A program made the translations under genes and the position numbers. Below are positions 8,653 through 18,289 of a stretch of 58,769 nt of DNA, piece by piece. The notes under the pieces are model-generated. The model was not told the origin of the DNA and searched no databases. It saw only the letters and a list, made by a program, of their open reading frames with translations. Origin of the DNA: an uncultured virus (IMG/VR IMGVR_UViG_3300027749_003369) (lineage: Duplodnaviria > Heunggongvirae > Uroviricota > Caudoviricetes); the IMG/VR virus record IMGVR_UViG_3300027749_003369; one strand, written 5' to 3'. Each line of letters begins with the position of its first letter. Within the stretch, counting starts at the first letter, position 1.

Positions 8653-10287
8653 TTAAATTGCTATAGCAGGTGCATTTAAATTAATAAAAGAACGATCTTG
8701 ATTTATAGGTGGCATACCCATCACAGTAGATTGATTAGTATTATTGACCACGTTATTAGGTGCAAGAACAACATTATTATTATCTCCTGCTTCTTTACCA
8801 CTCATATTATCAACACTTAATTTATTTAAATCAACATTTTGTTTAGGTTTAGGTAAACCTTTTTTATCAGACAAAGGTTTTATAGTTTCAGGATTTGCAA
8901 GTAATGTGCCCATTGCAAGATCGCCATCCATTGCACCAGTCATACTAAAACCAGTTTGTTGGGTTTCTTCATTTACTTGATTTGCTAATTTCTTACCTTC
9001 TTCTGTTTTAGCAACGCCTGTAGCAGCAACAGTTGCAGCTGCACCTCCTACAGCAACACCACCTGCAACCGCTGTTCCTGCACCTGCAGCTCCAACAGCA
9101 GTTTCTCCTGCACCAAATAACATTCTACCAATACTACCACCAATTCTACCTATTGCGCCCATTATACTTGATACAGCACTTATTATAGTTGATATTAAAC
9201 TCATTATCATAGAACCCAAAAATGCTAAAATAGGAATAATAGTTACTTTCATAATATTACCAAAAATACCTGTACTTTTACCAGAACTTTCCGTTGTTTT
9301 TGTAAAAGAAGATAAACTAGAACCTAAACTTTTAAAACTACTACCAATACTACCTACAAATCCAAAAGCAGATTTACCTACTCCAATTATACTTTTACCA
9401 AATCCAAATATCTCTTTACCCATTAAACGGAATTGATTATATGCGGCACCTATTGTTTGAGCAAAAGGCCCCTGTTCATTATCTCTGCCTGACAACATGC
9501 CAGCTTTTTCTTTTCTATCTTGTAATTTCTTTTGATCTTCTGTAAGTTGTTTTTCTTTATTAATAAGTCTTTCTTGTGTTGTATCATGTATGAAATCTTT
9601 TCCTTTTGCTTCTTTTATTTCTCTATTTAATTGTTTTTCTTCTAATTTTAATCTTTTTTCTTCTGCTAATATTTGTAATTTTTCTATTCTTTCTTGTTCA
9701 AATGTTTTAATTTCTAATTTTTGATTTTTTTCATCAAGATAAGTATTGATACCACGTTCTCTTAATATATCTCTTTCTATTAGTAATTCTTTTTTCTTAT
9801 TTTCTTTATCAATTTTATTTTTGTTATATAATTCTGATAGTCTATCAATACTTGAACTTAATTCTTCACTGAAAGATTTGATATCCAAACCAACAGATTT
9901 CATAGCTTCAAGTTTTTCCATTCCTTTATCTTTATTTTCATCATCACTAGATTGTAATAGACTTATTATATTTTTTAATTCAGATTCAATAGGTAAAAAT
10001 TCTTTAAAAGCCGCTTGAGTTATATTGTTTATTTCACCAGTAACTGCTTTTAACATAGATTTACCTAAATCAACTATTTCTTTTGTACCAATATTTTTAT
10101 TTTGAGATTCAGCAAGTTTTTTAATTCCTTGGACAACTTCAAGATTATATTTTGGTAATGTTTGTTTTACTTCAACAACATCTTGTTGTGTAGCTTCTTG
10201 TTTGGCCTGCATTTTGTCAATCTTTTTAACAAATGTAGAACCTAATGCACCAACCAGTTTATTTGAATCGTCTAAGAAATCGGCCAT
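8653..10287 (-). CDS. probable tape measure / baseplate hub protein (gp29-like)
   Basis: Long coiled-coil followed by Gly/Ala/Ser-rich hydrophobic region; lies downstream of gp26/gp51. Confidence 0.65.
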   Translation of the reverse strand: MADFLDDSNKLVGALGSTFVKKIDKMQAKQEATQQDVVEVKQTLPKYNLEVVQGIKKLAESQNKNIGTKEIVDLGKSMLKAVTGEINNITQAAFKEFLPIESELKNIISLLQSSDDENKDKGMEKLEAMKSVGLDIKSFSEELSSSIDRLSELYNKNKIDKENKKKELLIERDILRERGINTYLDEKNQKLEIKTFEQERIEKLQILAEEKRLKLEEKQLNREIKEAKGKDFIHDTTQERLINKEKQLTEDQKKLQDRKEKAGMLSGRDNEQGPFAQTIGAAYNQFRLMGKEIFGFGKSIIGVGKSAFGFVGSIGSSFKSLGSSLSSFTKTTESSGKSTGIFGNIMKVTIIPILAFLGSMIMSLISTIISAVSSIMGAIGRIGGSIGRMLFGAGETAVGAAGAGTAVAGGVAVGGAAATVAATGVAKTEEGKKLANQVNEETQQTGFSMTGAMDGDLAMGTLLANPETIKPLSDKKGLPKPKQNVDLNKLSVDNMSGKEAGDNNNVVLAPNNVVNNTNQSTVMGMPPINQDRSFINLNAPAIAI

Positions 10288-10291
10288 TTAA

Positions 10292-10579
10292 TTATTTTGT
10301 TTCTTCTGTTAATGATTGACTATTTTCAGTATTAATCTTTTCTTTAGTACGACCGTACGAAGTAATACCTAATACAGCACCCATAGCAATATGAAAGAAA
10401 CCCGCACCTTGTAATGTTAAAGGTGCCCATTGAGTAAATACTATATGTTTTAAATAAGTTGCTTGTGCTACATTCCATAAAATAGGAAACAACACAAAAT
10501 CACATAAACAAACAAATAGATACAACCAACCCATAAGTGGTCGCCATAATCCTTTTATATCTTCTTTATATTTACTCAT
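10292..10579 (-). CDS. holin-like membrane protein (GTA 3TM holin type)
   Basis: WRPLMGWLYLFVC...MGAVLGITSYGRTKEKI. Confidence 0.65.
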   Translation of the reverse strand: MSKYKEDIKGLWRPLMGWLYLFVCLCDFVLFPILWNVAQATYLKHIVFTQWAPLTLQGAGFFHIAMGAVLGITSYGRTKEKINTENSQSLTEETK

Positions 10580-10582
10580 TAC

Positions 10583-10764
10583 TTATTTCTCCCTTTGTTT
10601 TCTATCGTTTTCTTCTTTAATATAATTAACCAACAACGCAACATATATATCACGTTCCCATGGCAACATATTTTCAATCTCAGTTAATGAATATTTATGA
10701 TGTTGCATCAGCGCAAAATTGGTTTCAAAGTAGGCCTCTAGCGTATTGTGGGCGAGGCCAATTC
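10583..10764 (-). CDS. gp51: gp51-like baseplate hub assembly protein (not in ORF track); possibly read as a -1 frameshift extension of gp26
   Basis: Frame reads RIGLAHNTLEAYFETNFALMQHHKYSLTEIENMLPWERDIYVALLVNYIKEEN..; first ATG only at 10708. Confidence 0.85.
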
Positions 10765-11475
10765 GAAAAAATCTGCTATTCCTGATAAAGTAACTTTATT
10801 TGTTACATTTGTTTTAGGGTTGATTACTTCAACATCATGTTTCAATTTAGGCATAGTTTCAAAGAATTTTTTAATTTTATTAAATGATTCTGGTGGTAAA
10901 GAATCAATAAATTCTTTTAATTCAGTTTTTGTGCTATCTTTTGCAGGATATATCTTTTCTCCTTCAAAAATATGATCAATACAATCTATTAAGATAGTAA
11001 ATACTTTATCAATTTCTAATGTTTCTATACCTTTACCCACATCATAATTATTTAACGTAGGATATCTTAATACTAAACCCAAGTTTCTTTTTTCATCAAC
11101 TATTATTTTATTAGTATGATCATCATCAACTTGAACTTCAACTTTAGTTAAATCAACTTCAGCTTCAGCATAAGTTTTACCATCATCAGGACATATAGTT
11201 TTAAATCTAGCAATCTCTGATACAGATTTTGCACGAATATTTAAAAAGATATACTCAACATCAAATATTGGTAATTGTTCTATTTTTAATATATCAAATG
11301 TACAAGCATTAATAACTTCTTTTAAAGCATTAACCATTTGTTTATTATCACCTGTTTCAAGTGCTATAAACAGTATTTTTTCTTCTTTAACAAGAAATGG
11401 TCTGTATTTGATTTTTTTATCTTCTGATGGTAACGTCAATTCATACGTTGGCACATCAACTCTTGGTAACGCCAT
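10738..11475 (-). CDS. gp26: baseplate hub assembly chaperone gp26
   Basis: MALPRVDVPTYELTLPS...YRPFLVKEEKIL, FDVEYIFLNIRAKSV, FFETMPKL. Confidence 0.92.
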   Translation of the reverse strand: MALPRVDVPTYELTLPSEDKKIKYRPFLVKEEKILFIALETGDNKQMVNALKEVINACTFDILKIEQLPIFDVEYIFLNIRAKSVSEIARFKTICPDDGKTYAEAEVDLTKVEVQVDDDHTNKIIVDEKRNLGLVLRYPTLNNYDVGKGIETLEIDKVFTILIDCIDHIFEGEKIYPAKDSTKTELKEFIDSLPPESFNKIKKFFETMPKLKHDVEVINPKTNVTNKVTLSGIADFFELASPTIR

Positions 11476-11492
11476 AATTAACTCCTTTTATA

Positions 11493-12494
11493 TTATAAAT
11501 TAAGTGGTGGTAAACTGCCGAATGGAGGGAATACTCTACCACCTGTAATACCCCCAATTGGAATACGTCTTTTTAATCCTTCTAATACATCTATACCAGC
11601 ACGTCTTAATTCTGGTGGTAGATTATTTAGAATGCCTCCAAAAGCACCATATCCACTTTTAACCGAAACATCTCTAAATGCTGGATTGCCTACAGTAATT
11701 TCACCTGCTTTATCTAAGAAGTAATTAATCCAATATCTAAATGTAAATGTAACTGTAAATGTTTGAACAGCATTTGCTTCGTAATTGTATTCAACCGGTC
11801 CAATAATTTTAGGAAATACATCATACAATTGAACAGCATAAGTTATATCATCTCTTTCATTACGACTTGCAAATTGCCCTAGTTGATAAATGTTAACATC
11901 AGATACATAATTATCATAAAAATTATAATTGTTAGATTGATTACTATAGATAGCCGATTGCCATAATTCAAAATAAGATCTTTCTCTTAAAAACTTATCA
12001 CAATAGAATGTTGCTTGAATATCTGCTGATTTGTGGTCAAATGCAATCTTATATGCTGGCCCATGATGTCTAATTTCTTTTGTTTGTATGTCTCTATCAG
12101 GCATAGCAATAGCAGAACAGAATGCTCTCACTCTACGACCATTTGTTGTTTGTACGGAATTCATTGTTGATGAATTTTTAAATGTAAGTTCTGATTCTTG
12201 TGTTGAATTTGAAATACCAACCTGACTTAAATCATCTATGCCTTGCAAACTACCCAATAAACCACCTGAATTTCCTTTTGGTAAATTAAATTCAACATAA
12301 AATCTGGCTTTACGAGCAAATCCTTCTGCCTCATTAACATAAGATAGAAAACGGCCAATAGTAGTTTCTGGATTGGCACCTGCCTGGTGTCTAAAACGTG
12401 GATCTGATTCAACGTTGTCTAATGATCTATCTCTAGGAATACCTAATCTGATATCAAAACCACCAATACGAACACCGCCTCTTAATATTGCCAT
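11493..12494 (-). CDS. baseplate tail-tube initiator (gp54-like, tail-tube fold)
   Basis: ERSYFELWQ...YDNYVSDVNIYQL...LYDVFPKIIGPVEY...FTVTFTFRYW; position between gp2 and gp26. Confidence 0.75.
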   Translation of the reverse strand: MAILRGGVRIGGFDIRLGIPRDRSLDNVESDPRFRHQAGANPETTIGRFLSYVNEAEGFARKARFYVEFNLPKGNSGGLLGSLQGIDDLSQVGISNSTQESELTFKNSSTMNSVQTTNGRRVRAFCSAIAMPDRDIQTKEIRHHGPAYKIAFDHKSADIQATFYCDKFLRERSYFELWQSAIYSNQSNNYNFYDNYVSDVNIYQLGQFASRNERDDITYAVQLYDVFPKIIGPVEYNYEANAVQTFTVTFTFRYWINYFLDKAGEITVGNPAFRDVSVKSGYGAFGGILNNLPPELRRAGIDVLEGLKRRIPIGGITGGRVFPPFGSLPPLNL

Positions 12495-13048
12495 TAAATC
12501 ATACTCCTAGATGCACGATAAACTCCTGTATCGGATGCACCAACAAATCTTTGAACTGGTAAATAACATGCAATAGCTGCTGCTTGAGCATCAATCTTTA
12601 AAAAGTTTGATCGAACATGTTTATACAAATATTTTTTGATAGTCGGCTTAACTAATGGAATAGTTTTAACTCTACGCCAACTAACGTCAAATTTTGTAGT
12701 CGAATCTAATTTATTGTTTGTAGCCCAACGTTGCATATTTTCTAATAACCTTAATCTCAGTACAGGTGGTAAATAGTGAAAGTTTAATCCACTGAAGCCT
12801 CCTGGTATTACTTCTAATGGTAATACTAATGGAAAAGTATCATAATAAGGTAAAGTTTTTTTATATTTTGGATCATAAAAAAACATATTCAATGAACCAA
12901 CATTCGGTCTTGGTGTCAATTTACCTTGTGCCATCAACTTGTTAGCACTAATTTTATCAGCAATAGATGCAATAGAATTTTTATACCATGCAGCTGATTT
13001 TGTAGTGTCGCCTTGTTTACTAACCAGTTTATCTAAAATACTAACCAT
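12494..13048 (-). CDS. gp2: DNA end protector protein gp2
   Basis: FFYDPKYKKTLPYYDTFPLV, GLNFHYLPP. Confidence 0.92.
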   Translation of the reverse strand: MVSILDKLVSKQGDTTKSAAWYKNSIASIADKISANKLMAQGKLTPRPNVGSLNMFFYDPKYKKTLPYYDTFPLVLPLEVIPGGFSGLNFHYLPPVLRLRLLENMQRWATNNKLDSTTKFDVSWRRVKTIPLVKPTIKKYLYKHVRSNFLKIDAQAAAIACYLPVQRFVGASDTGVYRASRSMI

Positions 13049-13063
13049 TTACTATATTTATGT

Positions 13064-13498
13064 CTAATTATAGACACCTATATCTTTTTCAGTGAAGATT
13101 TTAAATTCTAAATCATTACCTTCACAATAGGTTTTGGCCGCTGTCCATTTAGCTTGATTTTTAATATATTCTAATTGTTCTTTTAGAAAGTAGTTTGTTT
13201 TTTTCTTAGGTGTTTTTGGTGGAAAACATTGTTTATAAGGTTTAATCTCAACCATATATTTTTTACCAGTTTTTAACTTGAAAATAAAATCAGGAAAATA
13301 TCTATGAATACGATAATCAATAGGTGAACGATAAACAATAGGTACTTCTTCACTTGCCCAAAATTCAATTTGATCATTTTTATCTAAATAAACCATCATT
13401 CTGCGTTCAAGCATGGAACGATAGACTATTCTATTTGGATCTCCAATATATTTTTTAGGGTTGATTGGTTTGTATATTCCTTTATAACTCTTTACCAT
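13064..13498 (-). CDS. gp4: head completion nuclease gp4
   Basis: YKGIYKPINPKKYIGD, WASEE, HRYFPDF, EIKP, NQAKW. Confidence 0.93.
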   Translation of the reverse strand: MVKSYKGIYKPINPKKYIGDPNRIVYRSMLERRMMVYLDKNDQIEFWASEEVPIVYRSPIDYRIHRYFPDFIFKLKTGKKYMVEIKPYKQCFPPKTPKKKTNYFLKEQLEYIKNQAKWTAAKTYCEGNDLEFKIFTEKDIGVYN

Positions 13499-13504
13499 AT
13501 CACA

Positions 13505-13512
13505 TATAAATA
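13505..13512 (+). promoter_or_regulatory. T4-type late promoter in the divergent gp4/gp48 gap
   Basis: TATAAATA; a GATAAATA variant lies on the minus strand near 13532-13539. Confidence 0.75.
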
Positions 13513-13543
13513 TTACTATTAATCATAAAGGTATTTATCAACT

Positions 13544-14689
13544 ATGGGTATATCAGATATAGTACAAAAAAACTTAGGCAATCTTACAGGAGGCGGATTA
13601 GTAGGTATAGCAGGTGGTATTGCTGGTAGTTTATTTGATAAAGCAAAAAATGGTATGGCACAAAATGCTGCTGCTGCCAAGATATTAAACAAATCACCAT
13701 TAGAAATAGCAAATGATACAAGTCCTGTTTCTCACATGAAATCCAATCCTTATGAATATGGAACGGCATGGTATCCTGAAAATGTACAAAATTTAGGCAC
13801 AGGTCATTATATGATATTTGATATATTAGAAACTGATACAGCTTATGGTCAAATTTTTAATAGTATGAAAAAAGGTGCTAATGCAATTGCAAAATCTTTA
13901 GGTAAAGATCCCGTAGCAGATCCTGCAGGTTTATTAGAAAATAAAATGGGGACATATAAGAATACTAGAAGTAAGGAAGCTGCTCAAGCACGAGTAGTTA
14001 AAGCATCATCAGGTATTAATGCTGGTTATGTAGGCGATAGACACAGTAGAGTTTGTGATACATTAATTTTATATACGCCGCCAGGATTAAAAACAAGTTA
14101 TAATGTTTCACATGAAGGAGTAGAAGGAGGATTTTTAGCTGATCTTGCAGGAATAGGATCATTATCAGATTTAATGAGAATACCAAATGTAGCTGGTAAA
14201 CTCGGAATGGAATTAGCAAGTATGGCTCTTGCGATAGTACCGGGTGCAGGAGATTTAAAGGCAGTAGTACAAAAGGTAACAGGTAGAGCAATTAATCCTA
14301 ATTTAGAAATGGTGTTCAAAGGTGTACCAATGAGAGAATTTGATTACACATTCGAATTTGCACCAAAGAATAAAAAAGAATTAGAAAGCGCACAAAAGAT
14401 AATACAGAAATTTAAATATCACATGCACCCAGAAATTGGTGCAGGTAATGATTTTATAGTGCCATCACAATTTCAAATAACTTATATGTATATGGAAAAT
14501 AGAAACTCATATATTCCTAAAATTAGTAAGTGTGTATTGAAATCTATGGACTTACAACATGGAGATGAAGGAGTATTCAGTACTTTTGCTTCTGATGCTT
14601 TTGGTGCTGCCCCAATTTATACTAAAATGACTTTAAAATTTGCTGAGACAGAGATTATGACTAAACAAACAATAAACTCAGGATTCTAA
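13544..14689 (+). CDS. gp48: baseplate tail-tube cap gp48
   Basis: AINPNLEMVFKGVPMREFDYTFEFAPKNKKE; C-terminal LKFAETEIMTK. Confidence 0.88.
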   Translation: MGISDIVQKNLGNLTGGGLVGIAGGIAGSLFDKAKNGMAQNAAAAKILNKSPLEIANDTSPVSHMKSNPYEYGTAWYPENVQNLGTGHYMIFDILETDTAYGQIFNSMKKGANAIAKSLGKDPVADPAGLLENKMGTYKNTRSKEAAQARVVKASSGINAGYVGDRHSRVCDTLILYTPPGLKTSYNVSHEGVEGGFLADLAGIGSLSDLMRIPNVAGKLGMELASMALAIVPGAGDLKAVVQKVTGRAINPNLEMVFKGVPMREFDYTFEFAPKNKKELESAQKIIQKFKYHMHPEIGAGNDFIVPSQFQITYMYMENRNSYIPKISKCVLKSMDLQHGDEGVFSTFASDAFGAAPIYTKMTLKFAETEIMTKQTINSGF

Positions 14690-14690
14690 T

Positions 14691-15224
14691 ATGTATTTTA
14701 CATATTTTCCAAAAGGTTTATATGATCTAAAAGGTGATGGTAATGAAAAACTAGTTACTAACTTAATGCGTAGAGTTAAAGTCAGATCAAAGATTTTAGA
14801 TCAAGCAAGTTTATATGATCTATATGATGTACCAGAAGGAGAAACACCAGAGATAACATCATTAAAACATTTTGGTAGTTCTTATTATCATTGGGTAATT
14901 TTAATGACAAATAATATTACAGATAGATATTATGGATGGCCATTAACAACTTATGAATTTGAACAATATGTAAATGACAAATATAATAATCCAGATGCAA
15001 TACATCATTATGAAATTGATCAATCAAGTGGTAACATATCAAGTAATGGGCCTAGTGATTATTCACATAAGATAGAAGTTAATGAGGGCACACCTTTTGC
15101 AGTATCAGTATCTAATAGAGAATACGAACAAAGAATACAAGATCAAAAGAGACAAATCAAATTATTAAATCCAGCATACTTAACTATATTATTGGAAGAA
15201 TTTGAAAACTTGATGGCAGAATAA
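14691..15224 (+). CDS. gp53: baseplate wedge protein gp53
   Basis: MYFTYFPK, GETPE, HWVILMTNNI, WPL, IHHYE, KRQIKLL. Confidence 0.92.
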   Translation: MYFTYFPKGLYDLKGDGNEKLVTNLMRRVKVRSKILDQASLYDLYDVPEGETPEITSLKHFGSSYYHWVILMTNNITDRYYGWPLTTYEFEQYVNDKYNNPDAIHHYEIDQSSGNISSNGPSDYSHKIEVNEGTPFAVSVSNREYEQRIQDQKRQIKLLNPAYLTILLEEFENLMAE

Positions 15225-15225
15225 A

Positions 15226-16725
15226 ATGAGTATATATAATACACTTGATGCCAGTTCAATAAAAAAACCTGGTGCATATTATCTTTCAGATGTAAGATTA
15301 ATTTCATATCGTAGTAAACAAGGTGATAGTGAACCTGATTCTATAGGTATTGATACAATGGTTGTAGATTTAAACATTTATGAAAGTATATTTAATAAAA
15401 CATTATCAGGCAGTATATTAGTTGTAGATGCAAACAACGTAATAGGTAAATTGCCGTTAACAGGTAATGAACGCCTAGAGTTTAAATTCTTTACACCATC
15501 ACTATCAAAAGGTTACGATTTCACATCTAAATCAGGCAACCCAATGTACATTTACAAAATAGAAAATAGAGCAAATATTACACCAAGAGCGCAGGCATAT
15601 CTATTACATTTTTGTAGTAAAGAAATGATGACAAACGAATTAGTTGTAGTAAGTAATGCACAAACAGAATCTTATTCAAATATGGTCGCTAATATAACTA
15701 AAAATGAAGATTTCTTGGCGTCAGTAAAAGATTTTTATTTTGAACCATCATGGGGATTACATAAACACGTATTTCCTAGAATAAGACCTTTTGATGCTAT
15801 TGATACATTGTCTTTACAAACACGAAGTACAAAATTTGAAGGTGCAGGTTATTACTTCTATGAAACATCATCAGGTTTTAATTACAGATCATTAGAATCA
15901 ATGATGGCAATAGAAGGCAATACGGCACGACCTGCCTTAGCAAGATTTAGACCTAAACCGGCCAATGTAAATCAAGGCGGTGAAAAAGACATTAAGAACG
16001 AAATGCAAATCGCAATAGAATATAGAATAGTAAATCAATTTGATACATTGAAGAATTTAAGAAATGGTATATTTGCATCTAAACTCATTACACATGATCA
16101 ACTTAACAAAACATACGAAGAAACTGATTTTAGTTATCATGATGAATACGCCAATTTATTTCATTTAGAAACAGGCAAAGATGGAGTAAGAACAAACAAT
16201 CAAGGTATCTTGCCGTTTTATATAAGAGAAGGACAAACATTATCTGATTATCCTGAATCCACATTATATCTATGGTCGCAAACATCAGACACACATTACT
16301 CAGGTGATAAACCTTTATACAATCCTGATATGAAAGAGATATTACAAAAACGATTATCTCAAAGACTGGCATTACATTCATTTAAACTAGAATTGACTGT
16401 GCCAGGATTTACAGGTTTACAAGCAGGCGACATCATTAACTTTGATATGCCTTCTTACGAACCGGCAGGTGGTTCAGAACCATTAGATCACGACCCATAT
16501 CTATCAGGACGATATCTGGTTACGTCTATCCGCCACCAATTAAATCGTAAACAAAACAAACACTTCATGGTCTTAGAGTGCATGAAAGATAGCGTTAAAC
16601 GACCTTATCCTGAAGAATCCATAGATACTTTTATTAATAGGGAAAAGGCTAATTCAGGTATCGTAGATATATACGAAGTTGATAAATTGGTTACAGACGT
16701 TTCAAGTGGTATATTCAGTATCTAA
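15226..16725 (+). CDS. baseplate hub protein (gp27-like)
   Basis: Between gp53 and gp5; NIYESIF..LSG, YYFYETSSGF, LSGRYLVTSIRH. Confidence 0.65.
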   Translation: MSIYNTLDASSIKKPGAYYLSDVRLISYRSKQGDSEPDSIGIDTMVVDLNIYESIFNKTLSGSILVVDANNVIGKLPLTGNERLEFKFFTPSLSKGYDFTSKSGNPMYIYKIENRANITPRAQAYLLHFCSKEMMTNELVVVSNAQTESYSNMVANITKNEDFLASVKDFYFEPSWGLHKHVFPRIRPFDAIDTLSLQTRSTKFEGAGYYFYETSSGFNYRSLESMMAIEGNTARPALARFRPKPANVNQGGEKDIKNEMQIAIEYRIVNQFDTLKNLRNGIFASKLITHDQLNKTYEETDFSYHDEYANLFHLETGKDGVRTNNQGILPFYIREGQTLSDYPESTLYLWSQTSDTHYSGDKPLYNPDMKEILQKRLSQRLALHSFKLELTVPGFTGLQAGDIINFDMPSYEPAGGSEPLDHDPYLSGRYLVTSIRHQLNRKQNKHFMVLECMKDSVKRPYPEESIDTFINREKANSGIVDIYEVDKLVTDVSSGIFSI

Positions 16726-16882
16726 AACCTACTGAAAGAATCTCAGAGTCCGACCGCTCCGAGGGTTTTTGAGACCGCAATTTTTTAGGGCTATGTAGAT
16801 AACGACTATTTGGCTGGCCGATATTACAGGTACCGAGAGAATGGCCTTCTAAATATTAGAGAGAAACTAAGGAAATGAAACT

Positions 16883-16996
16883 ATGATATACAACATATTA
16901 AAGACACCATTAAGAACACTGCAAGGCATATTCTCACTAAGGGTATGTAAGTGTAAAGGTTGTAAGTGTAAACCAGGCATTTTAAGAAGAAAGTAA
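16883..16996 (+). CDS. possible 37-aa Cys/Lys-rich peptide
   Basis: AAGGA upstream; MIYNILKTPLRTLQGIFSLRVCKCKGCKCKPGILRRK*. Confidence 0.35.
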   Translation: MIYNILKTPLRTLQGIFSLRVCKCKGCKCKPGILRRK

Positions 16997-17188
16997 ACTA
17001 TGAGCGGCCATGTAGATATATTTGTAGATAAAGTCATGCTAGCGCATGCCTGGCTCATGAATAATATAGAAATGGTAAGTATTTTGGTATTTACTGGTGC
17101 GGCCAGCTGGCCTGCGTAGAAAAAAGGAAATGATTACAAATGACGTATGTTGAAGTGTTATTATCAGGCCATATAACGAAAGGCCGAA

Positions 17189-18064
17189 ATGAATAACGAT
17201 AATTATATGGGCCTAGGAGGTTTTTACTGGTTCACTGGTGTTGTTGAGGATAGAAACGATCCTCTCAAAGTCGGCCGTGTAAAGGTAAGAATCATCGGAG
17301 CACACACATCCGATAAAACAATTCTGCCAACTGAAGATTTATTCTGGTCGTCTGTAATGTTACCAATTACGGCCAGTGGTATATCTGGGATTGGCCAGTC
17401 GGCGACCGGACTACTCGAAGGAAGTTGGGTGTTTGGTTTCTTTCGTGATGGCCAAAGAAGTCAAGATGCGGTTATATTAGGTAGTTTACCAGGAAGGCCA
17501 ACACAGGGAGCAAATAGCTCACAGGGCTTTTTTGATCCTAATGGAGTTTATCCTCGTTATATAAATGAACCAGATACCAATCGTCTGGCCGTTAACAATG
17601 GTGAGAAACCACATCCAAGTCTAGCCACAGATGCGGCTTCTAGGGTTACAGGAATACAGGCCTATAATTCACAGTGGTCTCAGCCGGCCAGTACCTACGG
17701 AGCAATCTATCCATACAATCAAGTATATGAATCAGAGTCGGGTCATATAGTCGAGTTTGATGACACTACAGATCACGAGAGAATACACATCCGCCATAGG
17801 TCTGGTACTCGCCTTGAAATCACGGCCAATGGCGACCAACTGGCCATTACCAAAGGCGACAACTATATAATCATAGATGGTAATAACAAGGTCTATATAG
17901 CAGGTTCATCCGATATCACAGTAAATGGCAATGCAAACATAAGAGCGGCCGGTGATGTAGGTGTGCTGGCCAGTAATATAGACATAACGGCCACAGGCGA
18001 TATCAACATGAACGCAGGCGGTGATGTAACCATTCAAGGTAACAGAATTGATCTAAACCCTTAG
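17189..18064 (+). CDS. gp5: baseplate central spike gp5 (OB fold plus short beta-helix, no lysozyme domain)
   Basis: WFTGVVEDRNDPLKVGRVKVR, GSWVFGFFRDG, YPYNQVYESESGHIVEFDDT, ends IDLNP. Confidence 0.93.
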   Translation: MNNDNYMGLGGFYWFTGVVEDRNDPLKVGRVKVRIIGAHTSDKTILPTEDLFWSSVMLPITASGISGIGQSATGLLEGSWVFGFFRDGQRSQDAVILGSLPGRPTQGANSSQGFFDPNGVYPRYINEPDTNRLAVNNGEKPHPSLATDAASRVTGIQAYNSQWSQPASTYGAIYPYNQVYESESGHIVEFDDTTDHERIHIRHRSGTRLEITANGDQLAITKGDNYIIIDGNNKVYIAGSSDITVNGNANIRAAGDVGVLASNIDITATGDINMNAGGDVTIQGNRIDLNP

Positions 18065-18253
18065 TGATAGAAGATGGCCAGGCAGTACTGGAGAACTTTT
18101 GCTAATCTATAAAGACTCACCTATGGTTACTACAACTAAGACAGGCCGTTAATCTGGTGTAAACCCTTATGTTATTCCTATAGGAAACCTCGGAGGTTCC
18201 AGGATCTGTTAAAATGTTGGTGTATCTTTAGTGTCAAAAAATTCCCTGGTATA

Positions 18254-18282
18254 TTGACATTGTTCCAGGTTTGATATATAAT
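18254..18282 (+). promoter_or_regulatory. perfect sigma70 promoter
   Basis: TTGACA-17-TATAAT; ATG at 18290, 7 nt downstream. Confidence 0.88.
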
Positions 18283-18289
18283 GGTGGTT

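Larger units (their letters stand above)
16816..18147. repeat. dense cluster of GGCC tetramers
   Basis: 23 GGCC counted by eye in about 1.33 kb. Confidence 0.85.

Noticed and set aside
13064..13498. TnsA-like transposase or homing endonuclease
   Set aside because: Sequence and position next to gp2 identify it as gp4
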